Part shown: in pieces, positions 44,808 through 54,288 of the stretch
Layout of the letters: each line of letters starts with the position of its first letter
Position numbering within the stretch: the first letter of the stretch is position 1
From: an archaeon
GTDB taxonomy: Archaea > Nanobdellota > Nanobdellia > Pacearchaeales > GW2011-AR1
NCBI GenBank assembly: GCA_043810775.1
Contig: JBDRNU010000015.1
Span: 64,001-128,000 of the forward strand
DNA: 64,000 nt
Direction of reading: 5' to 3'
Made by a program: the position numbers and the translations under genes
The notes under the pieces: model-generated
The model's input: the letters and a program-made list of their open reading frames with translations, nothing else
The model's database searches: none
Told to the model about the DNA's origin: nothing

Positions 44808-46646
44808 ATGAAAAAAGTAGGTGTATTAATAGTATTATTTATCTTAATTTTATCTATAGTAGTTGTCCTAGCTCAAGATAATACGACTGCTAATGATGAC
44901 TCAAATGATGATACATTTGCAACTGCAGGTGATGAGTTAGATTTAGCTTATTCTTGTCTTAAAAATGAAGTTAAAGATAAATGCTCATCTCTAAGTGTAG
45001 AAGAGCAAGTTTTTTCTTTGCTAGCTTTATCATATGACTCTGGCATACAAAAAGAGTGCAAAGATGACTTAAGAGATAATGAAGATGCAAATCACTGCTG
45101 GCCTAAAGGAAGCTGTAGATTAAGAGACACTTCACTTGCAATTCTAGCTCTTGATAATATAAACTCAGATATAGAAGAATCAAAAGAATGGTTGCTTGAC
45201 CATAAAAAAGTCGCAGATGATTTAACCTGGTTTTTAGAAATTGATACAGGAGAAGAGTCTACCTGTAAAATAAGTTATACTGGTCGTGATTATACTCTAA
45301 CCATTAAATCTGACAAAAAAATCAGTTCAAGTGCAGGAGACTGTTTAGCCCTTTCAATGAATAGTTACTGGCTGAAAATAGATTCTGACTGCATAGAAAC
45401 AAATTTTACAATATCTTGTAACAAAGACTTTATCTCAACACTTCTTTATAAAAAATCAATTTCAGATACTTATTATGTCTCAAGCCAGACAGAGACAGCA
45501 ACAGCTGAAGGAGAAACTGAGCATAGAGTAGAGTCTTACTGTTTTGAGCAGTCTGGAGATTGTAACTATGAAGGTAGTTTATGGGCCACTTTTGCTCTAT
45601 CAAAAACAGGTGAAGATATTTCAGGACTTCTCCCATATCTTATCTCCTTTGCAGAAGGCAATGGAAAATATAATCCTCATGCATTCCTATATATCTTAAC
45701 TGGATACAATGAATATATGACTTCACTAGGTGGGCTTCAAAATAGTGAAGGGTTCTGGAATCTAGATTCACCATATGGGAAGTTTTATGATACATCACTC
45801 TCTGTTTTATCTATCCCAAATTCAGTTTATTCTACTACTGCAAAGACTTCTCTTCTTGATACACAAGGTACAGATGGCTGCTGGCAAAATTCAGTTAGAG
45901 ATACAGCTTTTATATTATATGCTGGCTGGGGAAAAGAACCAGTTGTTGTAACAGGGGTAGATATAGACTACTGCACTGATTTCGATTATTACTGTATAAC
46001 TGAAGGGGAGTGTACAGATGTAGAAGGAAACAAGTTATCTAATTATTATTGTTCTGGAGTTAGTAAGATTTGTTGTGATGAGCCTGCAAGCGAAGAATCC
46101 TGTTCAGAACAATCTGGAGAAGTATGTACTTCAGATGAGGAATGTAAAGGCTCATATGTCACCTCACTTGATACTTCTTATTGTTGCTTAGCTGGTTGTC
46201 AGGCAAAGCAAGAAAATGCATGTGAAGATGCAGGTAATAATTGTAGAGTGTCTTGTCAGGACAATGAAGATGTTTTAAGTTATACTTGTGAAGACGCAAA
46301 TGATTTTTGTTGCGGCTTAAAATCTAGCCCAGAACCAAGTTACTGGTGGATTTGGTTATTAGTAATACTAATTATATTAGTTATAATTGCAATTATTTTT
46401 AGAGATAAATTTAAAATATTCTTATATAGTCTAAAGACTAAGTTCAAAAAAGGAGGAGGAAAAGGCTCAGAGCAAAGACGTCCTCCATTCCCACCAGGCC
46501 CAAGGCCAATGGGAGGGCCTTTTCAAAGGCCCATGCCTCCTAGAAAAATGCCTTTAAGAGCCCCTATGCAAAGGCCAGTTTCAAAGAAAATTGAAGACAA
46601 AGAACTTGATGAAACTTTAAAGAAACTAAAAGAAATTAGTAAGTAA
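44808..46646 (+). CDS. Surface protein with alpha/alpha-barrel (QW-like) repeats, three Cys-rich modules, TM and Pro-rich cytoplasmic tail
   Basis: Signal peptide, DTSLAILAL, QNSEGFW, QGTDGCW...DTA, six-Cys repeats and a YWWIW TM. Confidence 0.65.
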   Translation: MKKVGVLIVLFILILSIVVVLAQDNTTANDDSNDDTFATAGDELDLAYSCLKNEVKDKCSSLSVEEQVFSLLALSYDSGIQKECKDDLRDNEDANHCWPKGSCRLRDTSLAILALDNINSDIEESKEWLLDHKKVADDLTWFLEIDTGEESTCKISYTGRDYTLTIKSDKKISSSAGDCLALSMNSYWLKIDSDCIETNFTISCNKDFISTLLYKKSISDTYYVSSQTETATAEGETEHRVESYCFEQSGDCNYEGSLWATFALSKTGEDISGLLPYLISFAEGNGKYNPHAFLYILTGYNEYMTSLGGLQNSEGFWNLDSPYGKFYDTSLSVLSIPNSVYSTTAKTSLLDTQGTDGCWQNSVRDTAFILYAGWGKEPVVVTGVDIDYCTDFDYYCITEGECTDVEGNKLSNYYCSGVSKICCDEPASEESCSEQSGEVCTSDEECKGSYVTSLDTSYCCLAGCQAKQENACEDAGNNCRVSCQDNEDVLSYTCEDANDFCCGLKSSPEPSYWWIWLLVILIILVIIAIIFRDKFKIFLYSLKTKFKKGGGKGSEQRRPPFPPGPRPMGGPFQRPMPPRKMPLRAPMQRPVSKKIEDKELDETLKKLKEISK

Positions 46647-46720
46647 ACTTTATTAATGCTTATTCTCTTAATATTAAAGAATTAAAATATTAAATTTAAA
46701 GAGACTATATATTTTAGTAT

Positions 46721-48004
46721 ATGGTTTCAATTTATGAAATGAAAAAATGGGTGATAATCCTGCTATTGCTTTTACCTTTAGTATCAGCTATAAGCACAGA
46801 TATCAAAGAAGTTTACGAGCCTGGCGAAACTTTAATTACTATAATTGAGGGGAATTTTATAGATCCTATAACTATATCAGATATCTCGTTTATTTCTGCA
46901 AGAAAGTCAGTTCCAATGATTTATGATTTAGGAAAGTTTAGGGATAAATATTATTTATATTCCCTTCTCCCTTATGAAGAAAAGAATTATACTCTTGTTA
47001 TAAGAGATGCTCATTATTTTGAGTTGGGTGAAAGGCAGGAAGATATAAATATAAATTTCTCAGTTAAAGGAAACTTGACTAAATTTCAAGTTAGCCCCGG
47101 ATTTATAATAACAGATAAGAGCTTTAAAATATCTATTGAATCAATATCAGAATCAGTGCAAGCAACTGTTGATTTTGAAGATAGTTCAAAATCAGTTTCT
47201 GTTCCTTTGGGGCAAAAAAAGGAAGTTGAATTGTCAGTAGAAGGCTTAGAAAATGAGACAGAAACTTTTGTCAAAGTATCTGCAAATGGTCAAAGCTACG
47301 AAGTTCCAGTAATAATTTTTGCTCAAGGTGGAATTAATAATCAGAATTATGAAAAGTTTATTTTTTCTACAGGAGAAATCTCTATGTCTATTTTAATTAA
47401 CCAGCAAAATGAAACAAATTTATCTTTGATTAACATTGGAGATTTGCCAATTAGTAATATATCTCTTATCGCTGATAAGGAGCTAGAAAATGTGCTGACA
47501 ATTCAACCAGAGCAAATATCTTATCTTGATGTAGATGAAGAAAAAGAAATAAAATTAATATTCTCTTCACTTGAAGAAGGATACTATATTGGAAATCTTC
47601 AAGCTATAGCTGGAAATTTAACAACTTCCTTATCACTAAATATTTATTTTACAAAAAACGAATCCACTATTCTTCCTCCACCCCCTCCTCCAAACAATAA
47701 TTCAGATGGTTGTTATGATCTTGGAGGATATATCTGTGCTGAAAACCAAGAGTGTGATGGAAGTTTACTTTTATCTTCAGATGGGGAATGCTGTATAGGA
47801 ATCTGCAAAGACAAAAAAAGCTATACTAGCACTATAGTTGCTATAATTTTAATTTTAGTTGTTGTAGGAATAATTGGATTTTCAGTTTATAAATCAAAAA
47901 AAGGAAAGCCTAAATCATCAAGACAGCTTATTGAGAAAAGCCAAAGTGAGTTTGAAGATAGATTTAAGCCCACTGAGGCAAAAGGGTCGCTATCAAGAAT
48001 CTAA
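46721..48004 (+). CDS. Surface protein with Ig-like domains, poly-Pro linker, Cys module and TM anchor
   Basis: Signal peptide (LVSA), N.G..PI.NI motif, PPPPPP linker, six-Cys module and TM. Confidence 0.65.
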   Translation: MVSIYEMKKWVIILLLLLPLVSAISTDIKEVYEPGETLITIIEGNFIDPITISDISFISARKSVPMIYDLGKFRDKYYLYSLLPYEEKNYTLVIRDAHYFELGERQEDININFSVKGNLTKFQVSPGFIITDKSFKISIESISESVQATVDFEDSSKSVSVPLGQKKEVELSVEGLENETETFVKVSANGQSYEVPVIIFAQGGINNQNYEKFIFSTGEISMSILINQQNETNLSLINIGDLPISNISLIADKELENVLTIQPEQISYLDVDEEKEIKLIFSSLEEGYYIGNLQAIAGNLTTSLSLNIYFTKNESTILPPPPPPNNNSDGCYDLGGYICAENQECDGSLLLSSDGECCIGICKDKKSYTSTIVAIILILVVVGIIGFSVYKSKKGKPKSSRQLIEKSQSEFEDRFKPTEAKGSLSRI

Positions 48005-48471
48005 TTTTTTTTCTTAGATTTTGCCTTGCTTTTCTTCTTAGTATTCTTTTCTTTTTCTGCAAGAACACCAGATTCAGCCAATTTATTTTTAATTATATTA
48101 TTCTCTATTGTAAGTCTTTTAGCTATCTCATCATACTGATGCAATCTTCTAGCCAATTCATTGAATAAGGTGCTAAAATCATGATTCTTCATTTTTATCT
48201 CTTCAGGAGTTATAATTTCTAGATGAGAGGGCATATAAACAAAAGAGATTACTAAGACAGCATTAAAATCATCTGCTTCAATTTCTAAATCTGCAAAGCA
48301 TGAGAAAATATTCTTTTCATCTATTTCTTTTGGCTCACTGATTTTCCTTTCAATTATCTTAATTCCTTTTTCATTTTCAAGCCTATCAACTAGCTTAATC
48401 AGGGTTTCTTTTAAGTAATCTTTTGGCCTCCCCAGCATTTCTAGTATAATAGCTGCTCTTATTTTAGTCAT
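48001..48471 (-). CDS. Conserved archaeal hypothetical protein
   Basis: LE.LG.P...L...L, FS.F..LE and YMPSH.EI..P motifs. Basic tail. Confidence 0.6.
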   Translation of the reverse strand: MTKIRAAIILEMLGRPKDYLKETLIKLVDRLENEKGIKIIERKISEPKEIDEKNIFSCFADLEIEADDFNAVLVISFVYMPSHLEIITPEEIKMKNHDFSTLFNELARRLHQYDEIAKRLTIENNIIKNKLAESGVLAEKEKNTKKKSKAKSKKKN

Positions 48472-49493
48472 CTTTTCTTAATTAAAAGGAATATAATAAA
48501 GAGAACACAAAAAAGTGCAAATCCATATATAGAGTATTCTTTTATATTCCAATTTCTCGATTTATAATAATAATCAGTTTTTATATCTTTCGTAGTATTA
48601 GCAGAATTCAGATGAATAACCTCTTCTTCAAACTCTTCTTCTTGTTCATCTTGACTTGTTAAGACAGTTTTATTTTCACTTGTTTTTCTTGCTTTAATCT
48701 TAATTTCTGTGCTATTTTCCCATGTTTTTCCATCTCTTAACTTAACTACTAATTTAACATCACCTTCAAAATCTTGGTGGTCTTCATCTAGCCTTAAAAT
48801 AAAATCTTTTAATTTATCTTCATTGCCTTTAATTGTATTTTCCAAATAATAATATGAAGACTTCCAATTGTCACTACTTTCATCATAAATTTCAGAAATT
48901 GTATCTTCTTCATCATCTAAATATATTTTTATGTCATAATCTTTGTCTTGAAGATTGTAAAATTTTACTTCCAAGTCAATTTCCTCATCTTGGTAAAATT
49001 TATCATCTATTATAATTTCAAGATAAATTTCTTCAGTTAAGTTGCCATCTTCTTGTGTTTCATTGTTTTGTTGTTGATTGCATAAATTCTCAGTGCCTCT
49101 AGTTGAAATATCCAGCATCCAATTTCCATTGCAGTACTGCCAGCTTCTATTATCATTATAACTATCACTTATTACATTAGTCTGGGATACTAGTTCTGTT
49201 CCATTATAAAGAAAAAGCTGTTCATTATTATTGTTTAAAGAAATACTTGGTTCAATTACAAGATAACCAGAAAAACTGCCTTCAAGTTCCATAGTATTAT
49301 TGTCCTTATCTACTAGTTTCCAGCCTTGCAAATCAATATTAGCTTCAGAATATAATTCAACCCATTCTGTGCAGTCATTACAGTTATCATTGGGATTTAA
49401 ATCAACTTCATTTATCCTAATTGCAGAAATAAAAGGCAAAATTAAAATTAGTACTATTCCCAGACACCAGGTATTTTTTCCCCGCAAGGGCAT
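48468..49493 (-). CDS. Lamin-tail domain (LTD) surface protein with C-terminal TM
   Basis: RINEV..NP, EWVELY, DL.GW.L.D and LNN..E...L motifs. Confidence 0.75.
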   Translation of the reverse strand: MPLRGKNTWCLGIVLILILPFISAIRINEVDLNPNDNCNDCTEWVELYSEANIDLQGWKLVDKDNNTMELEGSFSGYLVIEPSISLNNNNEQLFLYNGTELVSQTNVISDSYNDNRSWQYCNGNWMLDISTRGTENLCNQQQNNETQEDGNLTEEIYLEIIIDDKFYQDEEIDLEVKFYNLQDKDYDIKIYLDDEEDTISEIYDESSDNWKSSYYYLENTIKGNEDKLKDFILRLDEDHQDFEGDVKLVVKLRDGKTWENSTEIKIKARKTSENKTVLTSQDEQEEEFEEEVIHLNSANTTKDIKTDYYYKSRNWNIKEYSIYGFALFCVLFIIFLLIKKR

Positions 49494-50452
49494 TTTCCAT
49501 TTATAATCTTATTTTCTATTATTGTGAAACTATCTCTTTTAATTACTGCTTTTCTGCATTTTGGGCAGAAAGTTGTCGAGCCTTCTTCATCTCTTAAATT
49601 CCCAGTATATACATAGTGTAATCCTGCTTTTAGTGCAAGTTTTCTTGCTTTTATTAATATTTGTATGCTGGTAGGCAATTTATCAAGTATTTTATATACA
49701 GGATAAAAAGCTGAAAAATGCAAAGGCACATTTTCTCCAAGATTCTTCTTTATCCACAAAATAAGTTTTTTAATCTCTTCTTCAGTATCATTTTCTCCTG
49801 GAATTAGCAAGCAAGTTAGCTCAATCCAGACTCCTGCTTTATGCATTGTTTTTATTGCTTCTAGTATAGGATTTAGTCTGGCGCCGCAAATTTTTTTGTA
49901 AAAATCATCTGATATTGACTTCAAATCAATATTGCTTCCATCTAAATAATTACATAATTTTTTCAGTGGTTCCTGATTTATGAAGCCATTAGTTATTGTA
50001 GTATTTTTCATCTTGTTTTTTCTTGCTAATCTTGCTATATCAAGCATGTATTCATAAAATATAGTTGGTTCAGTGTAAGTGTAAGAAATTATCTTTGAAT
50101 TTTCTTTTATTGCTGTTTTTATCACAGCTTCTGGTTTTATTTCTTTTCCAGTAATCTCCTCACTTTGTGAAATTTCATAATTCTGGCAGTGGCTACAAGA
50201 TAAATTGCAGCCAACTGTAGCTATACTTAAAGTTTTCTTGCCTGGAAGAAAATGATATAGTGGCTTTTTTTCAATAGGGTCTATAGAAATGCTGCAAGGT
50301 TTATTATAAGTAAGAGAAAATAGTTTCCCTTTAATATTTTGCCTTACTTTGCACTTACCTTTTTCCATATCTTTTAACGTGCAGAAATGAGGGCACAACT
50401 GGCACTGAACTATATTTTCTTTTGCTTGCTTCCAGTATAAAGCGAGTTTCAT
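49454..50452 (-). CDS. amrS: AmmeMemoRadiSam system radical SAM enzyme
   Basis: C.LCPH.C, DPIEKKPLYHF.PG, GCN.SC.HCQN, YTYTEPT and YVYTGN...T.CP.C motifs. Confidence 0.92.
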   Translation of the reverse strand: MKLALYWKQAKENIVQCQLCPHFCTLKDMEKGKCKVRQNIKGKLFSLTYNKPCSISIDPIEKKPLYHFLPGKKTLSIATVGCNLSCSHCQNYEISQSEEITGKEIKPEAVIKTAIKENSKIISYTYTEPTIFYEYMLDIARLARKNKMKNTTITNGFINQEPLKKLCNYLDGSNIDLKSISDDFYKKICGARLNPILEAIKTMHKAGVWIELTCLLIPGENDTEEEIKKLILWIKKNLGENVPLHFSAFYPVYKILDKLPTSIQILIKARKLALKAGLHYVYTGNLRDEEGSTTFCPKCRKAVIKRDSFTIIENKIINGKCPCGEKIPGVWE

Positions 50453-50499
50453 ATTATAGTTAGGATTAAGGTAAATTTAAATATTCTCATAATGTAAAA

Positions 50500-51231
50500 T
50501 TATTTCATACAAATTTCTTTTGTATATTCTTTGCAGTGAGAGGCTGCATTTGAGACTGTAGCCCTATATTTTTTCTCCAGATTTTTTACACCCTCTTCTA
50601 AACTTTCTATGCAATTACCTCTTGTTAAATTACAGCTAGTGCATACTCCCTGGGACATATATCTAGCCCAATTTTCATAATCAAATCCAGGTCCATTTAA
50701 GCTTAATCCCACTATTGTGCTTGCAAAATCCAAAGCATCTTTAGAATAAATATGAGTTTTACTAGCACCTCTTCTTATTTTTAGCGCAATATTTAATTCA
50801 TGTGGGATAGTATTTACTACTCCTTGGCTTGTTTTTACTTCAAGCCCTTCAGCAAAAACCTCTTTTGAAATATCATAACCTTTAACTCCATCATGAAATA
50901 ATGCTATAGTAATTCCATCTTTTACACTATAATAAGAACCCTCTCCAATATTAGGTATAATTAATGAAGCTGGTTTGATTTCATAAATTTTACTTAATTT
51001 TTGTAATCCTTGGTTATTAACTACAAAATCTAGATCATCACTTCTTTGCCTCAGCCTTTTATAACCTATTACTTCTGGTAAAACCATTCCTCCTCCAATC
51101 ATTAGTATATTTCCACTAGAAAGGTTGCAAATACTACTTGCTAATCTTAAAAGCTCGCTTGCACTAAATTTATTTAAAGAAATATCTCTAGTTTTTGAGC
51201 TTCTACTACTTAGAAATGTTTGCTGGATCAT
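50500..51231 (-). CDS. Nucleotidyltransferase-like protein (AbiEii/DUF6036-like motifs)
   Basis: IGGG, R.SDDLDF, ALK and KDALD motifs, plus a C-terminal Cys cluster. Confidence 0.5.
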   Translation of the reverse strand: MIQQTFLSSRSSKTRDISLNKFSASELLRLASSICNLSSGNILMIGGGMVLPEVIGYKRLRQRSDDLDFVVNNQGLQKLSKIYEIKPASLIIPNIGEGSYYSVKDGITIALFHDGVKGYDISKEVFAEGLEVKTSQGVVNTIPHELNIALKIRRGASKTHIYSKDALDFASTIVGLSLNGPGFDYENWARYMSQGVCTSCNLTRGNCIESLEEGVKNLEKKYRATVSNAASHCKEYTKEICMK

Positions 51232-51308
51232 TTTTTCTAATAATTTGGAGAATTTATAAATCTAACTATACTAAAAAGATATATAAATCATTTTTTCTTA
51301 GTTAGTTT

Positions 51309-52790
51309 ATGGGAAGAATAGAAGAAATTCAAAAAGAGAGACAAAAGAAAGTCAATGAATTACGCGAGCTGAAAATTGAGCCTTATCCTAGAAGATATGA
51401 TAAGGAAAATCAAGCTTTAGAGTTACAAGAGAAATTTAAAAATTTAAAAGCCGGCACAAAAACTAAAAATCATGCAAATATTGCAGGTAGAGTTCTAGTA
51501 GTTAGAGATTTAGGAAAGTTAATTTTTGCAACACTTCAAGATGATTCAGGTAAAATACAGATAATTTTGCAAGAAGGAGAAACTTCTAATAAAGAAATTA
51601 AATTATTTAAGAAATTTGTTGACTCAGGTGATTTTATCGGTGTTAAAGGCAAAATAATTAAGACTAAAAGAGGAGAGCTAAGTATACTTGCAGAAAAAGT
51701 TCAATTACTATCTAAATCTATACTCCCTCTACCTGAAAAGTGGCACGGGCTCAAGGATGATGAAGAAAGATATAGGAAAAGATACCTAGAAATGATTGCA
51801 CATCCAGAAGTTAAAGAAATGTTTATCAAAAAAGCTAAATTCTGGCACTCAATCAGAAATTTTTTGCTAGAAAAAGGATTTGTTGAAGTTGAAACACCAG
51901 TATTTGAAAATAAAACAGGAGGAGCAGACGCCGCACCTTTCGTCACACATCATAATGCTCTGGATATTGATGTATACTTGAGGATTTCTATGGGTGAACT
52001 CTGGCAAAAAAGATTAATGGTAGCAGGATATGAAAAGACATTTGAAATAGGAAGGCAATTTAGAAATGAAGGAATAAGCCATGAACATCTTCAAGATTAC
52101 TCTCAAATGGAATTTTATTGGGCTTATGCAGATTATAATAAAGCAATGGGGATAGTTGAAGAAATGTATAAGAAATTTACAAAAGATGTTCTTGGAAGCT
52201 ACAAGTTTAAGGCAAGAGGGCATTCTATTGATATGAATAAAAAATGGAAGCGTGTAAAATATGTAGATGAAATTAAAAGACAGACTGGCATTGATATCTT
52301 TAAGGCAGATGAAAGCAAATTAAGAGCTGAACTTAAAAAAAGAAAAGTACAAATAGAAGAATTTCAAGAAAGGGCAAGGCTAATTGATTATCTTTGGAAA
52401 GAATGCAGAAAAAATATAACTGGGCCTTGTTTCATAATTAACCCTCCAGTTGAAATATGTCCTCTTGCCAAGAAAAATGAAAAAGACCCAAGAGTTGCTG
52501 ATAGATTTTGGGTTTTAATAGCAGGTAGCGAGCTTGGAAATGGATATTCAGAGCTTAATGATCCAATTGACCAGGAGCAGAGATTTATCAAGCAGCAAGA
52601 TATGCGTGATAAGGGCGATCAAGAAGCTCAGATGCATGATAAAGAATTTGTAGAAGCTCTGAAATACGGGATGCCTCCCACTGCTGGTTTTGGGCTGTCA
52701 GAAAGAGTATTTGCTTTCTTAATGGATAAGCCTGCGAGAGAAATTCAGATGTTTCCTTTATTGAAGCCTGATGAAGTTAAGAAATCATAA
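51309..52790 (+). CDS. lysS: Lysine--tRNA ligase, class II
   Basis: OB fold, PLPEKWHGL.D.E.RYR.RY, GGA.A.PF.THHN, FRNEG, EL.NGYSELNDP and YGMPPTAG.G motifs. Confidence 0.97.
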   Translation: MGRIEEIQKERQKKVNELRELKIEPYPRRYDKENQALELQEKFKNLKAGTKTKNHANIAGRVLVVRDLGKLIFATLQDDSGKIQIILQEGETSNKEIKLFKKFVDSGDFIGVKGKIIKTKRGELSILAEKVQLLSKSILPLPEKWHGLKDDEERYRKRYLEMIAHPEVKEMFIKKAKFWHSIRNFLLEKGFVEVETPVFENKTGGADAAPFVTHHNALDIDVYLRISMGELWQKRLMVAGYEKTFEIGRQFRNEGISHEHLQDYSQMEFYWAYADYNKAMGIVEEMYKKFTKDVLGSYKFKARGHSIDMNKKWKRVKYVDEIKRQTGIDIFKADESKLRAELKKRKVQIEEFQERARLIDYLWKECRKNITGPCFIINPPVEICPLAKKNEKDPRVADRFWVLIAGSELGNGYSELNDPIDQEQRFIKQQDMRDKGDQEAQMHDKEFVEALKYGMPPTAGFGLSERVFAFLMDKPAREIQMFPLLKPDEVKKS

Positions 52791-53822
52791 ATTTTCTAAA
52801 ACCAGTTCATCTATCCATTTTAATTTTAATAAATAAACAAATATTTCTTCTTCCATTCTAGTAATCTTTTTATTAATTTCTATATTTCTCAAAACAATTT
52901 CTTCAAATCTTTTTTTCCCAATTATTTGTTTGATGAGGGGGTATGTAGATTTTTTAAATATTATTTTATTAGCCACATCTTCTCCAGACATTATAGCATT
53001 AAATATACCTTCACCTGTCAAACCAGACGCAAATCCTCCTGCATCTCCAATTAGGAATTTATTTCCAAAGTCATGTCCTTGATAATCATAATTTATAATA
53101 AATGACTGGAATTGTGAATTGTTTATTTCTATTCTTTTCATACACCATTCATCAAAATTTTTTCTTATTTCAGATATTTTGACACCTAATGCTGGTTGTT
53201 TAATTTTTTTAGATAAGTCTCCACCAGTTCCAATTGAAACAGAATTTTTGTATGGAAATATCCACAAATAGGCAGGCCCAAATTTTTCAGGATCTACAAA
53301 TAATTGTATATCTTTTATTTTAATAGGAGAGATATATTGGAAAGCTTGCAAAAAATTATTAGTTTGTAGACCAAGATATTTTCTTACAATTGACTGGCTT
53401 CCATCAGCGCCAATTAAATATTTGAACTTAATTTTTTCTTTGTTATTTATTACTAATTTATTTCTGCTAATCTCAGTTACTTTGGAATCAAATTTTACAT
53501 TAGCACCAGATTCTACTGATTGTTTAAGCATCCATTTTCCAAGGTCTTTTCTGTCAATTGTGGCCACAAAAGGTTTATCGAGTTTAATCTCCACTTTTTG
53601 AGAGGGGGTGTGAACAATCGCTTTTTTGAACTTTCTTTGAATTATATTATTAGGAATTTTTAAATCAAAATCCTTTAATGTCAAACCACCAGCACATACT
53701 TTATCTCCACAGACTTCCTTTTTTTCTAGAACAAGAACTTTCTTATTATTCTTCGCTAGAATTTCAGCACACCTCAAACCACCTGGCCCACCCCCTACGA
53801 TGACCACCTCATATTTTTTCAT
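52785..53822 (-). CDS. Geranylgeranyl reductase-family FAD oxidoreductase
   Basis: GGGPGG, K.CAGG, GADG..S.VR, Y.WIFP and GDAGG...LTGEGI motifs. Confidence 0.85.
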   Translation of the reverse strand: MKKYEVVIVGGGPGGLRCAEILAKNNKKVLVLEKKEVCGDKVCAGGLTLKDFDLKIPNNIIQRKFKKAIVHTPSQKVEIKLDKPFVATIDRKDLGKWMLKQSVESGANVKFDSKVTEISRNKLVINNKEKIKFKYLIGADGSQSIVRKYLGLQTNNFLQAFQYISPIKIKDIQLFVDPEKFGPAYLWIFPYKNSVSIGTGGDLSKKIKQPALGVKISEIRKNFDEWCMKRIEINNSQFQSFIINYDYQGHDFGNKFLIGDAGGFASGLTGEGIFNAIMSGEDVANKIIFKKSTYPLIKQIIGKKRFEEIVLRNIEINKKITRMEEEIFVYLLKLKWIDELVLENL

Positions 53823-53917
53823 TCTTTGAAAAATACTTCATGTTTTATAAATATTGCCTTAAAAAGCTTTAAAAAGCTCTTCCTATATAAACTATAATAA
53901 AAGCTAAGGAGGTAAAA

Positions 53918-54085
53918 ATGGTTGATTTAATTGTTAAGAGCAAGGTTAAAGAAGCTGCTAAAGGCCTTAGAGTTGCTGGTGATGTTCCAGATGCTTTAAG
54001 CAAGGTAGTAGAAGATATACTTGAAAAAGCAGCTGAAAGAGCCAAAGCTAACAAAAGAGGCACAATAATGACTCAGGATTTGTAA
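53918..54085 (+). CDS. Short histone-fold protein (not in ORF track)
   Basis: Translated by hand as MVDLIVKSKVKEAAKGLRVAGDVPDALSKVVEDILEKAAERAKANKRGTIMTQDL. RV loop and R-x-T-x-x-x-x-D clamp. AAGGAGGT SD. Confidence 0.88.
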   Translation: MVDLIVKSKVKEAAKGLRVAGDVPDALSKVVEDILEKAAERAKANKRGTIMTQDL

Positions 54086-54086
54086 A

Positions 54087-54266
54087 ATGGCAATATTTAG
54101 TAAAAAAAAGCCAAGGTTTCCTACACTTGCACTAATTTTATTAGTGGTTGCTGTAGTCTGGTTTTTACAGGAACTTAAATATCTGAATATAGACATACCT
54201 TGGTTGCCCTTGATTTTAATTATTGTTGCAGTAGGAATGATTGCAAATAGATATAGCTGTTGTTAG
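54087..54266 (+). CDS. Small two-TM membrane protein (not in ORF track)
   Basis: Translated by hand as MAIFSKKKPRFPTLALILLVVAVVWFLQELKYLNIDIPWLPLILIIVAVGMIANRYSCC. Starts 1 nt after the histone stop. Confidence 0.7.
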   Translation: MAIFSKKKPRFPTLALILLVVAVVWFLQELKYLNIDIPWLPLILIIVAVGMIANRYSCC

Positions 54267-54267
54267 C

Positions 54268-54288
54268 TTTTTTATTTTTTTTATTTTT
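54268..54288 (+). terminator. Oligo-T terminator of the histone operon
   Basis: Three consecutive T runs directly after the TAG at 54266. Confidence 0.55.

Noticed and set aside
51309-52790. Class II LysRS as a sign of bacterial contamination
   Set aside because: Composition and promoter style match the flanks, and class II LysRS is known in several archaeal lineages.
53869-54196. Minus-strand ORFs 53869..54063 and 53996..54196
   Set aside because: Antisense to the histone and small membrane protein genes, which have an SD and recognisable motifs.
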